Assembly: GCF_009914755.1 (NCBI RefSeq)
Contig: NC_060931.1
Source of the DNA: the human T2T-CHM13v2.0 reference genome, Homo sapiens
Strand: one strand, 5' to 3'
DNA: 64,000 nucleotides
Shown: positions 44,129 through 58,367 of the stretch, in pieces
Layout of the letters: each line of letters begins with the position of its first letter
Position numbering within the stretch: position 1 is the stretch's first letter
The notes under the pieces: model-generated
Databases searched by the model: none
The model's input: only the letters and a program-made list of their open reading frames with translations
Told to the model about the DNA's origin: nothing
Made by a program: the position numbers and the translations under genes

Positions 44129-45699
44129 AAGAAAGCAGACACACCCTTGTAATAAGAAACGCACATCTGATTCTATTTTCTTGCTTTAACTGGGACTCTC
44201 TAACAGATGAAAGAGATAGCTCCTGCTACTCCTCATACTAGATGTGTTCTCCATCGTAAGTTTGATACTTGCCACTTATTGATCATGTGCAGAATGTGCC
44301 AGACATGATGCTAAGTTCTTAATCACTTAGCATCCCGTGAAAGACAGGCGAGGCCATCGTCTCTACACAGCCCACATATTTACAAATCTTCCAACTGGAT
44401 GGGGCCATCCAGAAACACAGGCATGAAGCTATGTCCTATGGAAGGTACTGTGGCCTTTTAAATATTTGGGGTGTGATATCATCCTGGTCTCTTTTCCACC
44501 TAAATCCCCGTCCCTCCTCCATCCTCCATCCTGTGCATCACTGGGACCTCATGACGTGTTTATCTCTCAGCGATACTTTGCTACCAGCACTGCATCTTCT
44601 CTGTTTTCCAAAATACACTAACACAAACATGCTTCATAACAGACATTTACAAAAAGTGACAGGATGACAAAGGAGAACTGTGGGTACCACAGAAGATGAA
44701 GCAACACCGATATGAACAGCACGGCTTGCTCTTCTTAAAGCCCCTAGACATTCTTGCTTAAGAGAACCTTTCCTTGACTGCCCCTTTTTCTCTTGTTTAT
44801 GGGGTCTTCCAACAACTGCATGGCCTGGTTGTGCTGCGGTTGCTTCTATCACAGAACTTTTCCGTAGCCCCCATTGCCCTAAACTGTTGCCAATAAAGAC
44901 CAAGTTGGGATTCAGGGATATCGAAGTGAATCAGAGTTCTCTTCAAACTTAGTGTGAATCTCATGTTCACATTTAAAATGCTTTAGGGGCCCTTTTGTGC
45001 AGGGCTGACACCCATATCCTATGCTCCCTTCGCAAGCTGAGTATTTGCAGGACGCTGTTCTGAGATTGGTGTAGACCTTTCTAATATCCGGCACTTTGCA
45101 GTTGAAATGGAATTCGTGCTTTGTGGTGTCTTTTCTCATATCTCTTTAGTGTAAAAGTGGTAGAAATGTGTAGAAATAGATATAGCATCTGGATATTGTG
45201 ATGCTGAGCAGGTTCTGGGCTTTTAAACCCAGATTTCCAAAATAAGTGCCAACCTCACATCTGATGCTTCTGCCGAGTGCTCCCTGGAACCCAGCCTAGA
45301 CCGTCTCTTGGGTCAGGATCTTCTGTTCTCTCTCAAGACCCCTTATTCATTCCCCCTCTTCTCTGAATATTTTGGGATCCTCTGAAATGTCCTCCCTCCA
45401 GAAAAAAAAACAGGTGATAGCTCTCAGATTCCAGCAATTTATGAAGCAGATTAATCTAGCTGTGCTGGTCAGGCCTCTCTCCTGTGCTCCTGCCTCAGGT
45501 ACCTTTCTCAAGGATCAACAAAAAGCCAAATGCAGGAATTTCCCCAAACGAAAGATACGTTTCTGGAATTTCTACCCTTTGCGAGGCAAGGAACCGACAT
45601 GTGCATTCATTTTCTTAACTTCTCCCAGATCACATTCTTACACAGGACAACCCAAAGAAGGGAAAGATGGAATAAACCTCGGAAGTTCAAAGTAGCAGA

Positions 45700-45810
45700 A
45701 TGTTTCTTATTTACACCAGTGTTACAGATCAGGGGCCCTAGAATCAGAGAAGTTAAGTCACTTACCTTAGGCCACACAGCTAATAGGTGACAGAGCTAGT
45801 CTTTACTTTG
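45700..45810 (-). mobile_element. MIR fragment
   Basis: agagaagttaagtcactt...ggccacacagctaataggtgacagagc. Confidence 0.7.
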
Positions 45811-48249
45811 AAAATGCTTCTGACAATTCTGAAAACATGCCCAAAGTCCAGTGGAAAGTTATGTTCACTAAATACAACGGTACCAATTAAGTCTTCATAG
45901 GGTTGAACTTGAATCTGCAATGGAAATCTGGAAGTATCTGTGAAGGATGAGACAACACCCCCAGGTGTCTCTTCCCCCGGCTCCCTCGTGCTCTCTCAAG
46001 ATCAGCCCAGCTCATTAGTGCAGCCCGTGGCTACATCCAAAGCACGCAGCCCTCCTTGCTGCAGTCTTTTGCAAGCCAGGCATCCTGAAGGTCACAGCAG
46101 AAGTGCTGTGGGGTAAAGGATGAGTTTGTCAGCAGTGCCCCGTGGCTGCCTGGGGCTCTGAAGGGCAGCCAGATGGAGTGTGAGCTTTGCCTTTTCCACC
46201 AGATGTTATTTACTTATTTTTGCTGTTAGCTTCTCACTCCCATCTCAAACACCTCTGGGCACCAAATACTTGAAAGTAGTTTGTGATCCGCAAAGACAAA
46301 TTCCTAATAAAAGTCTGAAAATAAAATAATGTTGCTGGAGAATTATTTGGGATACTTAAAAGTGTTGTGTGTTGTATCTAACGTGTTGCTGGTGTTTTCC
46401 ATACATCCATGCTAGCTGCTTGGGAATTGCCGAGTTCTGAGTCAGGAATTTTAATGGGCACATTTATTCAGACCCTGAGCCTCTGCTGCTTAGTTCTCAC
46501 CAGTGATAACATAGTTTACAGAGTGACAGCCGGAGACCAGGAATGAAGCTTTATAAGTCATTTTAATTATTTGATATTACTTGTAAGTTGCCGAAGGAAG
46601 GAGACTCCTGTATGACTATACTGTAGGTGTCTATTTGCGACACACCAGTGAACACGCACGTGCGATATACAAAGGACAAAATGCATGTGTGATGGTCAGC
46701 GACTGAGAATGCCCCTTTCTGGCTGACATCAGAGGGGTGCATGGCAACAAAATGTCATCCCAATCTCTCATGGGATGTTTTCTTTTCCAACTTTCTTCTC
46801 AATGGCTTCTGACATTAAAATAGGTTTTTACTGAATATAAAGTACTTATGTTCCTCAATAAAACCCAAATTGTTGGGTTTTAAAAACTTAATGTTGGATT
46901 AAGATCTCCTAATAAGCAAGGTTAAACAAACAAGGGGGTTGGAAATAAAATTAGGGAGTGCCAATTTACCAGCTGCTGTGCGTTAGCAACAATGGCCCTG
47001 TTAGCGCTCCCCCAGGTTCTTCATTAAGCTCGGAAAATCCTTACTCCCTGATTGCTCAGATCCCACAGATGAGCCTAGAAGAAAGTATTAAATGTCTAAG
47101 AAAAGACACAACATATTCAAGTCTAAAAAGATGTTTCTATTTCACTTTGAGGCTCAAGTAAACCCATCCCCCGCCCCTTGTTCTCTTCCCATCATCTTCC
47201 TTTGCCATTGGAGCCTACAATTCGTCCAGAATCCTTTCCTCCTCCCTCTTTTGAATCAGTCCTTGAGACAGCATAAAAGAAGAACAAAAGCTCCACCTTA
47301 TCCCATCGCCATCCACCTGTCTTACATACTTGAAGAACAGGAGAAGATAAATAAGATGGCCCAGCATGGTCATTTTCTAATTTTTATGGAGGGACTTGAA
47401 TTTGAAACCGACACCACTGACTGTGATCATGCCCCCAGCATACGAAGGAGGATTTTCCTTTGGGCTCCCAGGCAGATTTAGGCAAGTTCCTCTTCTCTGC
47501 CTGCCGTGACCTTTAGAAATCATCCACTAATGTGTCTTTTCATGACTTCCCTTCCAGCGTTAAGTTCCAGGAACTTAATCTCTTTAAGTGATTTCTGTCC
47601 AAGCTCAGTAGCTCAAGGATCCCATAATGTTACCAAAAAAGACTAAGATCTCCATGGTTCTAGCTGCATCCAACAATGTAAACAGGTAAAGTAGCATCCT
47701 TGGAGCATCTTTTATTCACTTTATAAATATGATAAAAGTGCTGCTAGGTGCCTAAAGCTCTGATTTGTTAGATGACTTGGGATCACAAAGGCAAATAAGA
47801 CAAGCTTTGTACCTTGTATTTAGAGCAGAAGGTATATTTTAAATGTTAAAAGCCATCGCTTTATTTTTATTTGATTATGCTGGGGGCTGAATCTGTAACA
47901 CCTTGTATAGCACCCAGGAAGTATTAGTTAAGTGAATGCATGCAGACGCACACCACATGGTTCCAGAAAGGATTCTGGGCAACTCAGTGCAAACATCAGA
48001 TAGCAATATCCCAAATCCCAACAACTGCAACAGAAAGAAAATAGGAGACAAGATGAGATTTGTGCCCGCAGTGCATGTTGATTTAATAGGAATTTCAAAA
48101 GAAAAAAGGACGTCTGTGGCCAGGTATATATCCAAAGCCTGCTTTCTCCTTCTCGCCTCACCTCTGCTGGCTTCTGGAGCTCACACTCGTTCACCTCGTC
48201 CTTCCCTCGTTCCACCCATTCCCTATTCTGGTGGGATACCGCACCGGGT

Positions 48250-48450
48250 GTTATGAGTACATCAGCTCATTTGATATTCACAACCATTCCTGCTGGCTGG
48301 TGGTATCTCCATTTTACATATGAGGAAACTGAAGGTTAGAAAGGCTAATGAGGATCACAAGTCTCATGGCTAGTGTCATAAGAGAGCAGATATGACTTCA
48401 GGCTTGTCTGTCTCCAAAAGCCTTCGATGTGGACCCTACACCATCCTACA
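48250..48450 (-). mobile_element. MIR
   Basis: ctccattttacatatgaggaaactgaagg core. Confidence 0.75.
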
Positions 48451-49738
48451 AGGAGGTGGTTCTCTAATCCGGGATGAAGCTCTTGTTCTTCCTGTTTTTC
48501 CTTTTCCTCAACATATGAGGATTTGTTCTGAAGATCAGCAGTAAAATCTCACTGAAGGGTTGAGGCTTGTTTTAAACGAGTCCAGAACTAAGATGTAACC
48601 CAAATAGAAAAACAGTCAGTAAAAATCCACGAAGCTCCCGCATCCCTCTTCTTAAACATGGCCCAGTGACCCCCGTGTGCGGGTTAAACTCGAGATTCCT
48701 TTAGAAGATCGTGCTTCTTATATAACTAGGACTAATGAAAGCAGCCTGGAAATGAGTGCACAGTTTGATATGGGACCCATCAAAGATGTCATTCAGCCTG
48801 AGGATAATGACCCCCAAGGCTGCTGCAAGAGCCATGTTTGAGCTAGAGCCAGATCTCCTTGAAGTTTATGCTTCAATAACTTCGTTAAGCCTCCTTGGTG
48901 CTTTTGGGTCAAGCATGACTTTAGTAAATGAATTATACGTTGGATAAGGGTCATTTTGTAAGTGAACCAAATGATGATAGGAAAGTCATTCTCTGCCCAT
49001 ACTTATGGTGTCATCTGTAAGCACAGACCTGCAACTTTCCGTGGTTCAGTGAGACTGAGACCCTGGGTAGGTGCACTCATCACAGGCCTCACAGGGAGAT
49101 TTTATTTAAATTGACACAAAGAATTGAGGATTGGTGGCCCATCGTTTTATTTGAAGATGTAGACAGCAAAACTAAAATATTTGGATTTCTTTTGTTCTGT
49201 AAAAGATTTATTTTTATGTTTTGAATGCCTAAAGAGAGAAAATAGTTATTGTATGATGATGGTCATCTTACATAAATGAAAATACCATTTAATGACATGA
49301 ATCTTATTCATTCTAAGAAATTAAAATGCCTGTAATCATTCATTTATATTGTTGCCTTGTTATTTGGCTTTCGTGAACTGTGTAAAAAGTTGTGAATTTT
49401 TAAAGAATTCAAGAGCAGGATTCCGTTTCTGGAATTCAATATCGGTCACACTGTGATTGCGAAACCTCTGTATACGGATGCAGGCAGGGAGTTTTGTTTT
49501 GATTTGGTTTGGTTTATGTGTGAGCAAAATGTGTCATAGATCTGTAGAAACTATCCAATTTTATAGATCCTTTCAAACATGGAGTTGCCAGACTTCTCCT
49601 AGGAATTGTAGCAGGTAAGATAAGCCAAGAAGTAAGAGGACCATCTGATAGTTCTTATCTTACTTAGATGGAAAGTGGAAAGCTCATGGAAACTAGAAAT
49701 TTTTGTGTGTGTTGGTTCTTATTTATTAAAAGATATAT

Positions 49739-50030
49739 TGCCGGATATTGTGGCTTACACCTGTAATCCCAGCCCTTTGGGAGGCCAAAGCCGAAACATC
49801 GCTTAAACTCAGGAGTTTGAGACCAGTCTGGGCAATAAAGTGAGAAATCATTTCTACAAAAAATTTGTAAAAATTAGCCAAGCCTGGTGGTGGACACCTG
49901 TAGTCCCAGCTACTCAGGAGGCTGAGGCAGGAGGATCACTTGAGCCTGCGAGGGACAGGCTGTGGTGGGCTGACATCGCACCACTGCACTCCACCCTAGG
50001 CAACAGAGAAGGACCCTGTCTCAAAAAAAT
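49739..50030 (+). mobile_element. AluJ followed by an AT-rich tract (to ~50105)
   Basis: Diverged Alu dimer with the J-type aggaggatcacttgagcc motif. Confidence 0.9.
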
Positions 50031-50454
50031 ATATATTATACATATTTTTTATTATATATAAATATATAATATATGATAACATATATTTATATATATATGT
50101 ATATCACTTGTAAGCCTCAGTAGTTTAATATTACTAACAAACTTCACAGTGACACATCACACAAATGATCTCAGCATCCTAGAACTTAAAATCTAGGATG
50201 AATATGTTCTTATAATTTTTGTTTCTTTCTATATTTCAGATAAAACTCAGATACCTAAATTTCATGATAGCTTTCTCCCTGGGAAATTATATTCTCTTCT
50301 TATTGCAAGCACCACATTATTGATTTCCCTGATACCTCATTACCAAGACTCTTTTCTGCAAGAGAAAAGACGCTGAGTACTTTATCCAAGTTTCACATCA
50401 GGCCCAGTGATCCCCAACCCACTGTCTTTCCATCAATTTGCCTCCTCCAAGTCA

Positions 50455-51000
50455 ACCAAATGCATTCAGTTAATAATTGAAAAAATGGTATAAAAATAAA
50501 TCAGGCATGTATAGACGTTGTCCTCAGGTACTTGCAGATTAAGGGAGGGAGTCAGGTAAATGGTTAAAGACATAACAAAGCATGGGTGCTTTCTCGAGAT
50601 ACAGACAGAGGAGGGAGAATACAGAGAAATGGCAGCTTCCTGCTGTAGGAGCTTAGAGAGAGTCTCGTGGAGGTGACATTTGAACCAAAGTAACATTTGC
50701 ACATAACTAGGACATTGCCATGTAGAGGCGTCTGGTATGAGGAGGGAGCAGGGAATTTCTCTAAATATTGCAGGTAAAAAGGTTTAGGAAAAGAGTTGTG
50801 GCATATCCAGAAACTGATCAGAATATGGATTTGGCTTAAGCCTGCAACATTCAGTATCTGGTAGGAAATGGGGCCATGAGTGTGAGGAGAAGACAGACCC
50901 TCAGGGCGTTTCTGCAGGCCCCTCTCTAGCAGCTGGGGCCATGGTGGGCTCTGAGTGATGAGAGCTTTTTATTTCTTAAATGATGAGGGTGGAGTGTAGA
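50455..51000 (-). mobile_element. LINE-2 antisense remnant
   Basis: ggaggtgacatttgaac and related reverse L2 motifs. Confidence 0.55.
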
Positions 51001-51034
51001 TAGTGGGCTAGGAGAAAGACATGTATATGTGTTT

Positions 51035-51355
51035 GGCTTTGGGGGGTTTGTTGTGGTTTTTTTTTTTTGTTGTTGTTGTTGTTTGAGACAGAGTCTTGCT
51101 CAGTTGCCCAGGCTAAAGTGCAGTGGCTCACTGCAACCTCCACTTCCCAGGTTCAAACAATTCTCATGCCTCAGCCTCCTGAGTAGCTGGGACTACAGGC
51201 ATGCGCCACCATGCCCGGCTAATTTTTGTATTTTTAGTAGACACTGGATTTCCCCATGTTGGCCAGGCTGGTCTCCAACTCCTGACCTCAAGTGATCCAT
51301 CCACCTTGATCTCCCAAAGTGCTGGGATTACAGGTGTGAGCCACTGCGGCCGGCC
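51035..51355 (-). mobile_element. AluS, antisense, with (TTG)n tail
   Basis: TSD tgtatatgtgttt / tgtatatatgttt. Confidence 0.93.
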
Positions 51356-52831
51356 TGTATATATGTTTTAATGAGTCACTTTCTACATAAAAAGTTATTT
51401 GCAGGAACCAGTGCGGGGAGGTAAGAATGACTTAGGCAAATCTCCTTCTTTTAATAAGCTTGGAGTCCAACAACAAGTGGGCGAGTCACAAACACCAACA
51501 GCTGTGTGTGTACCCAGATGCAGGAAGGGACACAGAAGGAAAAAGACACACTGAACATTTGGCACAGCAGTGCATTGAGCCAGGGACTGTCAGAGCTGAG
51601 TGCTGTGGGCCTCTGGTAATGACCATTAAACAAACACCTGCCAGAAAGAACTTCTCCTCCACTGGGATTCAACAATAGGGAATACCTCATCCAGTCTACC
51701 TATTCGTAATAGACAATTTAGTAGGCAAAATCTTAAATTTTCATAAAGAAGAATATCTTAAGAGTTGGAGGTTTCACACATATTGTATATCTTAATTTTC
51801 AAGGAGATGCCTATGATATGTTTCTAAGATCTTTTTTTTTCCTCTCTGGAATAAATACTAGTGAACTTAATTTATTTCAAGAAGAATACAGATGCACCTC
51901 TTAAACATACTACATACACTCCATAGTCTCAGAATCCAAGACTGCAAATCTCCTGTCTAAAAGGAATGAGTTAATTTTTGAAAAGCAGAGTGAAGATGTT
52001 ATGACATAAAAGCTATAAAAATTCACTTAATTTAATTAACTTGACCCGAAGGGGAGCTATGTGAGTCCAGAGACTTAAGATTTTTTTTACTATGTGAGAA
52101 TATCCCATTACCAAGTGTCATATATTTATCCCATAATTTTCAGCATGTTTTACTGTGGGGTTACTCCTCAATGGCAAATGTTCCCTGAGCACAATGAATG
52201 GCATGCGCCCGTGGCTAGACCCCACAAGAAAGTCAAGCTCCTTTGAACCCACAGTGTGCTGGGGGTCTTCGACTCTCTGGAAGAGGTTTTGTGAAGGGGC
52301 CTCTTCAACAGAAAGGGGAAGGAGTCCTTTTGGATCTGCCCCATCGTTACCATCCAGCCTGCTGTGGAACAAAGGAGAACAGACCTAACGCCTGTGCTTG
52401 GAAGAACTTGGAAATGTGTGCTGGGAAACAGGATCGAGGCCTTCCTTAGTGTCACTTCATAACATAGAAGTGTTCACGTGACACCTGCTTGTTTAGATGA
52501 CTGGTGTAGCTCAATCTTCCATGATTACAGCTACAGAATTTTGGATATGCTTTTATTGTTTAGCCTAGAATACATTTAGAGAATATAAAAAATTTACTCC
52601 CATCTTTAAGGAGGTTACATTCTGGCTCATCCATTCACTCATGCAGCATTGTGTTGAGGACCTACTATGTGACAGGGACTATTTCAGCCACTGGGATAAA
52701 AAGGTAAAGAAAGCAAACTCCCTCCCTCCCCCCATGAACCATTGTAGGTTAAAATAGCCCAGTGGTATTTTTCAGAGCTCAATACCAGGCAGAACTGGAT
52801 GTAACCTTCACAAACTTGGAATTCCATCTCA

Positions 52832-53309
<478 letters not shown>

Positions 53310-53996
53310 CTAGGATAAATTAGATCATCATTCACAGCAGCATATTCACAATAGTATCAAATAAAAAATTTTGAAAATAGAATAAATGTATGCCCATTTT
53401 TTAAAATTGGCATGCATTTCCTGAATATGCTTAGAGGAAAAAGCCTGGGAAGGAATAAAACAAAGGGTCGTCAATATTTATCTTCTAGGATCAGGCATGC
53501 TTTTTTTCTTTCATCTCACTTATCTCCTTACAGCATCCCTGACAACTGGACTTACCTGTTTTATCTTTATACCAGAAACCAGCCCACTCTACCAGGCCAT
53601 GCAAGGTCTTTCCTGCTCAGCAGGATGATGGGGGAGGACGCGTTGTGTCTCTATCATGGCAATCAGAAGAAGGAGAAGATATTCTGTCATCAGGGAAGGG
53701 GTGAAACCGAGCATGGGAGAGAATAATATCAGAGGCAGTTGCCTGCTTCATAGATAGTTACAGAAAAACATCTGAACTGACATGGTGCTTACATGAGATT
53801 GCCACAGTTGATACAGCTCAGAATACAGCCTTTTGAAAAGTCTAAGCTTAGAAGCAGTCGAGAACACAAAAGGAAAGAAAGGAGAGTGAGGTACTTGGAC
53901 TGAGCGAGGTGGAAGGTAATAGAATCCCAAATAATTGGGTTAACCAAATACGCAATGAATTTTCCTCACATACAAGCAATCAGAGATAGACCATCT

Positions 53997-54303
53997 TTTT
54001 ATTATTTTTTATTTTATTTTTTGAGATGGAGTCTCGCTCTCTCACCTAGGCTGGAGCGCAGTGGCATGATCTCGGGTTACTGCAACCTCCACCTCCCAGG
54101 TTCAAGCGATTCTCTGCCTCAGCTTCCTGAGTAGCTGGGACTACAGGCACATGCCACCACACCTGATTAATTTTTGTATTTTTAGTAGAGATGGGGTTTC
54201 ACCATGTTGGCCAGGCTGGTCTCGAACTCCTGACCTCAAGTCATCCACCCTCCTCAGCCTCCCAAAGTGCTGAGATTACAGGCGTGAGCCACCAAGCCCA
54301 GCC
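53997..54303 (-). mobile_element. AluS, antisense
   Basis: TSD agatagaccatct (53984-53996, 54304-54316). Confidence 0.95.
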
Positions 54304-54367
54304 AGATAGACCATCTATTATGGCTAGTGTCATTGCCCTCAAATATCAAGGACCCAGGCTTCTAGAG

Positions 54368-54576
54368 TAGGGTGTTCCAACCTCAGCACTATTGACATTC
54401 GGACCAGATGATTCTTTGTTGCAGCAGCTGCCCTGTGCACTGTAGGATACATGCCTGCCCTCTACCCACTCAATGCCAGCAGCACCCACCACCTACGCTG
54501 TAAAAATCAGAAAGTCTCCAGACATTCCCAAATGTCCCCTGAGAGGGCAAAATCAGCCCTTGTTGAGAAATTACTA
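54368..54576 (+). mobile_element. MER20 (hAT-Charlie), apparently within an old antisense MLT1 remnant (~53930-54850)
   Basis: aacctcagcactattgacatt...tccagacatt..caaatgtcccct...ttgagaa motifs; 8-bp TSD-like ttctagag/ttctatat. Confidence 0.85.
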
Positions 54577-55469
54577 TTCTATATCCCTGCTCTGCCATCA
54601 GTAACATATGGCTTTTATCTTTAGATTCACAAAAGAAAAGTAGGCAGGTGAGTTTGTTGGCAGTCACAGCTCTACAGAAGCCTTGTGGTAGCTTTCAGCT
54701 CACATCTGTCTCGTGGCCCTGAGCTTGGCCACGTGACTAACCCTTTGTTACTTGCACAGAAGTCGGGGAGGAGAATATTTTTATCTGGACATATTGAATC
54801 CCTAGCCAACATTAGGGTTCTGAGGAGGACAGAATGGGTTTGGGGCAGGTGACTGGCAGGCTCTACAAGAAGACATTAGAGAAGAAAGGAGTAAAACAGA
54901 TATTTCACTGACCTCAATGATAAGGCATTTCATGGATACAAAAGGAGGGCCCCCCTGCGGTACAAAGCATGGCCATTCTAGCACTGCCCCCCTGCCTTCT
55001 AGGAGCACAGAGTGTCTGTGAGCACTGCAGCAGCCCATTCCCAAAGAAACTGGGCTCCTGTTCATATTCCACGAGGCAAGTCTTAGACCATAGGTGTGCC
55101 TGCAGTCACTCCAAATTGCATGTCCCTGCAGTGTGAGGCCAACATTAAGTCTTGAGATGGAGCAGCGTTAATTGGCCATTGCTTAAGAGTCTCTTCATTT
55201 TCTCATCTCATGGGTTTTAAATATTTTTTAATGTTTTATAGGTCCTTTAGGACACCACACCTTTTCATTTATTTTAGTATATTTTGGTTAAAAAAATTCT
55301 GTGATGTTTAAAATTAGGGAATAATAAAAAAATTCCCTATGAAACCTCACCCTTAGCTTGAAGAAGTAACAAGTCATAGTGAATCTCTGTTTCCTCTATA
55401 TCCCCACCACCCACCAACTCCCCCAGATCCCATACACTATATCATTCCATCTACAGATATTTCAGTATG

Positions 55470-55875
55470 TGTGTGGGGGTCCTAAAGACAACCAGGTTTC
55501 ATGAGTCACTGGGAGGACTCATAAGAGTCAGCATTTAGACACAATTACAGCTGTGAGTTATTATCGTGAAAGGATACAGAACAAAATTATCAAAAGGAAA
55601 AGGCACATGGGGTGACATCCAGAGGAAACCAGGCACAAACATCTAAGGGCCCTCTCTAAGCACAATACATGCTTAATGCCCCTGGCGAGTTGTATAGCAT
55701 GGGCATGGGCGGACTGTCATCTACCAGAGAACCTCACTAGAGACTCAGTTCCCGTGGGTTTTATAGGTGGCTCGTCACACTACATTCTAGACTTTCAGAA
55801 GGAAAGCAGGTGACCAGCCAAAGCCACAGGGAACAAAATAGTTTAGGCACAGAAAGCCACTTTGATCAGTGATCA
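55470..55875 (-). mobile_element. MER77/MER21-family LTR fragment
   Basis: ggaggactca..., aaaggaaaaggcacatgggg, gaggaaaccaggcaca motifs. Confidence 0.7.
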
Positions 55876-56071
55876 GTTTGAAGAAAAATGTCCAGGAATT
55901 ATTATAGATAGTGGTGATGGTTGCACAGCTGTGTGACCATTCTAAAAAACATTGAATTGCACACTGTAAAATAGTTAAAATGATGACTTTTGTTATGGGA
56001 ATTTTGTCTAAGAGAAATACATCCCAGTTGGCACCATTTCTATAAAAAGGAATAGTGAGAGATAAAGCTTA

Positions 56072-58367
56072 TAATATGGTTTCGCTGTGTCACTACCCAA
56101 ATCTCATTTTGAATGGTAATTCCCACAATTTCCATGTGTTGTGGCAGGAACCTGGTGGGAGGTGACTGAATTATGGGGGCGGATCTTTCCTGCGTTGTTC
56201 TCCTGATAGCGAATGAGTCTCATGAGATCTGATGGTTTTAAAAAGGGGAGTTTCCTTGCACCAGTTCTGTTCTCTTGACCGCTGCCATATGAGACATGCC
56301 TTTTACCTTCCACCAGGATTGTGAGGCCTCCCCAGCCACGTGGAACTGTAAGTCCAATAAACCTCTTTCTTTTGTCAACTGCGCAGTCTTGGGTATGTCT
56401 TTATCAGCAGCCTGAAAATGGACTAATACAGTAAATTGGTACCAGTAGCGTGGGGCACTGCTGAAAAGATCCCTGAAAATGTGGAAATGACTTTGGAACT
56501 GGGTAACAGGCAGAGGTTGGAACAGTTTGGAGAGCTCAGAAGAAGGAAAATGTGGGAAAGTTTGGAACTTCCTAGAGACTTGTTGAATGTTGAATGGCTT
56601 TTCCCAAAATGCTGATAGTGCTATGGACAATGAAATCCAGGCTGAGGTGGTCTCAGACAGAGATGAGAAACTAGTTGGGAACTGCAGCAAAGATGACTTT
56701 TGTTATGTTTTAGCAATGAGACTGGTGGCATTTTGCCCCTGCCCTAGAGATTTGTGGAACTTTGAACTTGAGAGAGATGATTTAGGTTATCTGCTTGAAG
56801 AGATTTCTAAGTAGCAAGGCATTCAAGAGGTGACCTGGGTGCTATTAAAGGCATTCAGTTTTATAAGGGAAGCAGAGCATGAAAGTTTGGACAATTTGCA
56901 GTCTGACAACATGATAGAAAAAAAAATCCCATTTTCTGAGGTGAAATTCAAGCCAGCTGCAGACATTTGCATAAGTAATGAGGAGTAAAAATGTTAATTC
57001 CCAAGATCCTGGGGAAAAATGTCTCCAGGCCATGTCAGAGTCATCACAGCAGCCCCTCTCATCACAGACCTGGAAGCCTAGGAGGACAAAGTGGTTTGGT
57101 GGACTGGGCCCAGGGTTCATGTGCTGTGTGCAGCCTAGGGACTTGGTGCCCTGTGTCCCAGTGACTCCAGCTGTGGCTGAAACGGCCCAAGTTAGAGTTT
57201 GGGCTGTAGCTTCAGAGGGTGCAAGCCCCAAGTCTTGGCTGCTTCCACATGGTATTGAGCCTGTGGGTGCACAGAAGTCAAGAATTGGGGTTTGGGAACC
57301 TCTGCCTAGATTTCAGAAGATGTATGGAAACACCTGGATGCCCAGGCAGAAGTTTGCTGCAGGGGTGGGGCCCTCATGGAGAACCTCTGCTAGGGCAGTG
57401 TGGAAGGGAAATGTGGGGTTGGAGCCCCGACACAGAATCCCTACTGGGGCACTGCCTAGCGGAGCTATAAGAAGAGGGCCACTGTTCTCCAGACCCCAGA
57501 ATGGTAGATCCCTTGAAAGCTTGCACCACACATGTTTGAAAAGCTACAGACACTCAAGGCCAGTCCATGAAAGCAGCCTGGAGGGAGGCTGTCCCCTGCA
57601 GAGGAGTGGAGCTGCCCAAAACCATAGGAACCCACCTCTTGCATCAACATGACCGAAATGTGAGACATGGAGTCAAAAAAGATCATTTTGGAGCTTTAAG
57701 ATTTTACTGCCCTGCTAGATTTTGGACTTGCATGGGTCCTGTAGCCCCTTGGTTTTGGCCAATTTCTCACATTTGGAATGGCCGTATTTACCCAATGCCT
57801 GTACCCCCATTGTATTTAGGAAGTAACTAACTTGCTTTTGATTTTACACGCTAATAGACAGAAGGGACTTGCCTTGTCTCATATGAGACATTGGACTGTG
57901 GACTTTGGAGTTAATGCTGAAATGAGTTAAGACTTTGGGGGACTGCTGGGAAGGCATGATTGGTTTTGAAATGTGAGCACATGAGATTTGGGAGGGGCTA
58001 GGGGTGGAATGATATGGTTTGGCTCTGTCCCCACCCAAATCTCATCTTGAATTGTAATTCCCACAATCCCCATGTGTCATGGGAGGAACTTAGTGGGAGG
58101 TGATGAATTATGGGGGTGGGTCTTTCCTGCGCTGTTCTAGTGATAGCGAATAAGTCTCATGGGATCTGAGGGTTTTAAAAAGGGGAGTTTCCCTGCACCA
58201 GCTCTCTTCTCTTGTCTGCTGCCATGTGAGACGTGCCTTTCACCTTCTGCTGTGACTGTGAGGCCTCCCCAGCCACATGGAACTGTAAGTCCAATAAACC
58301 ACCTACTTTTTAAAATTGCCCAGTCTCGAGTATATCTTTATCAGCAGTGTGAAAATGGACTAATACA
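56072..58367 (+). mobile_element. Full-length THE1 (THE1B-like) MaLR: LTR 56072-56430, internal 56431-58009, LTR 58010-58367
   Basis: Two ~360-bp direct LTRs, gtaaattggtacc after the 5' LTR, polypurine tract before the 3' LTR, TSD gctta/actta. Confidence 0.95.

Noticed and set aside
56978-57652. 224-aa ORF as a new gene
   Set aside because: It lies wholly within the THE1 internal region.
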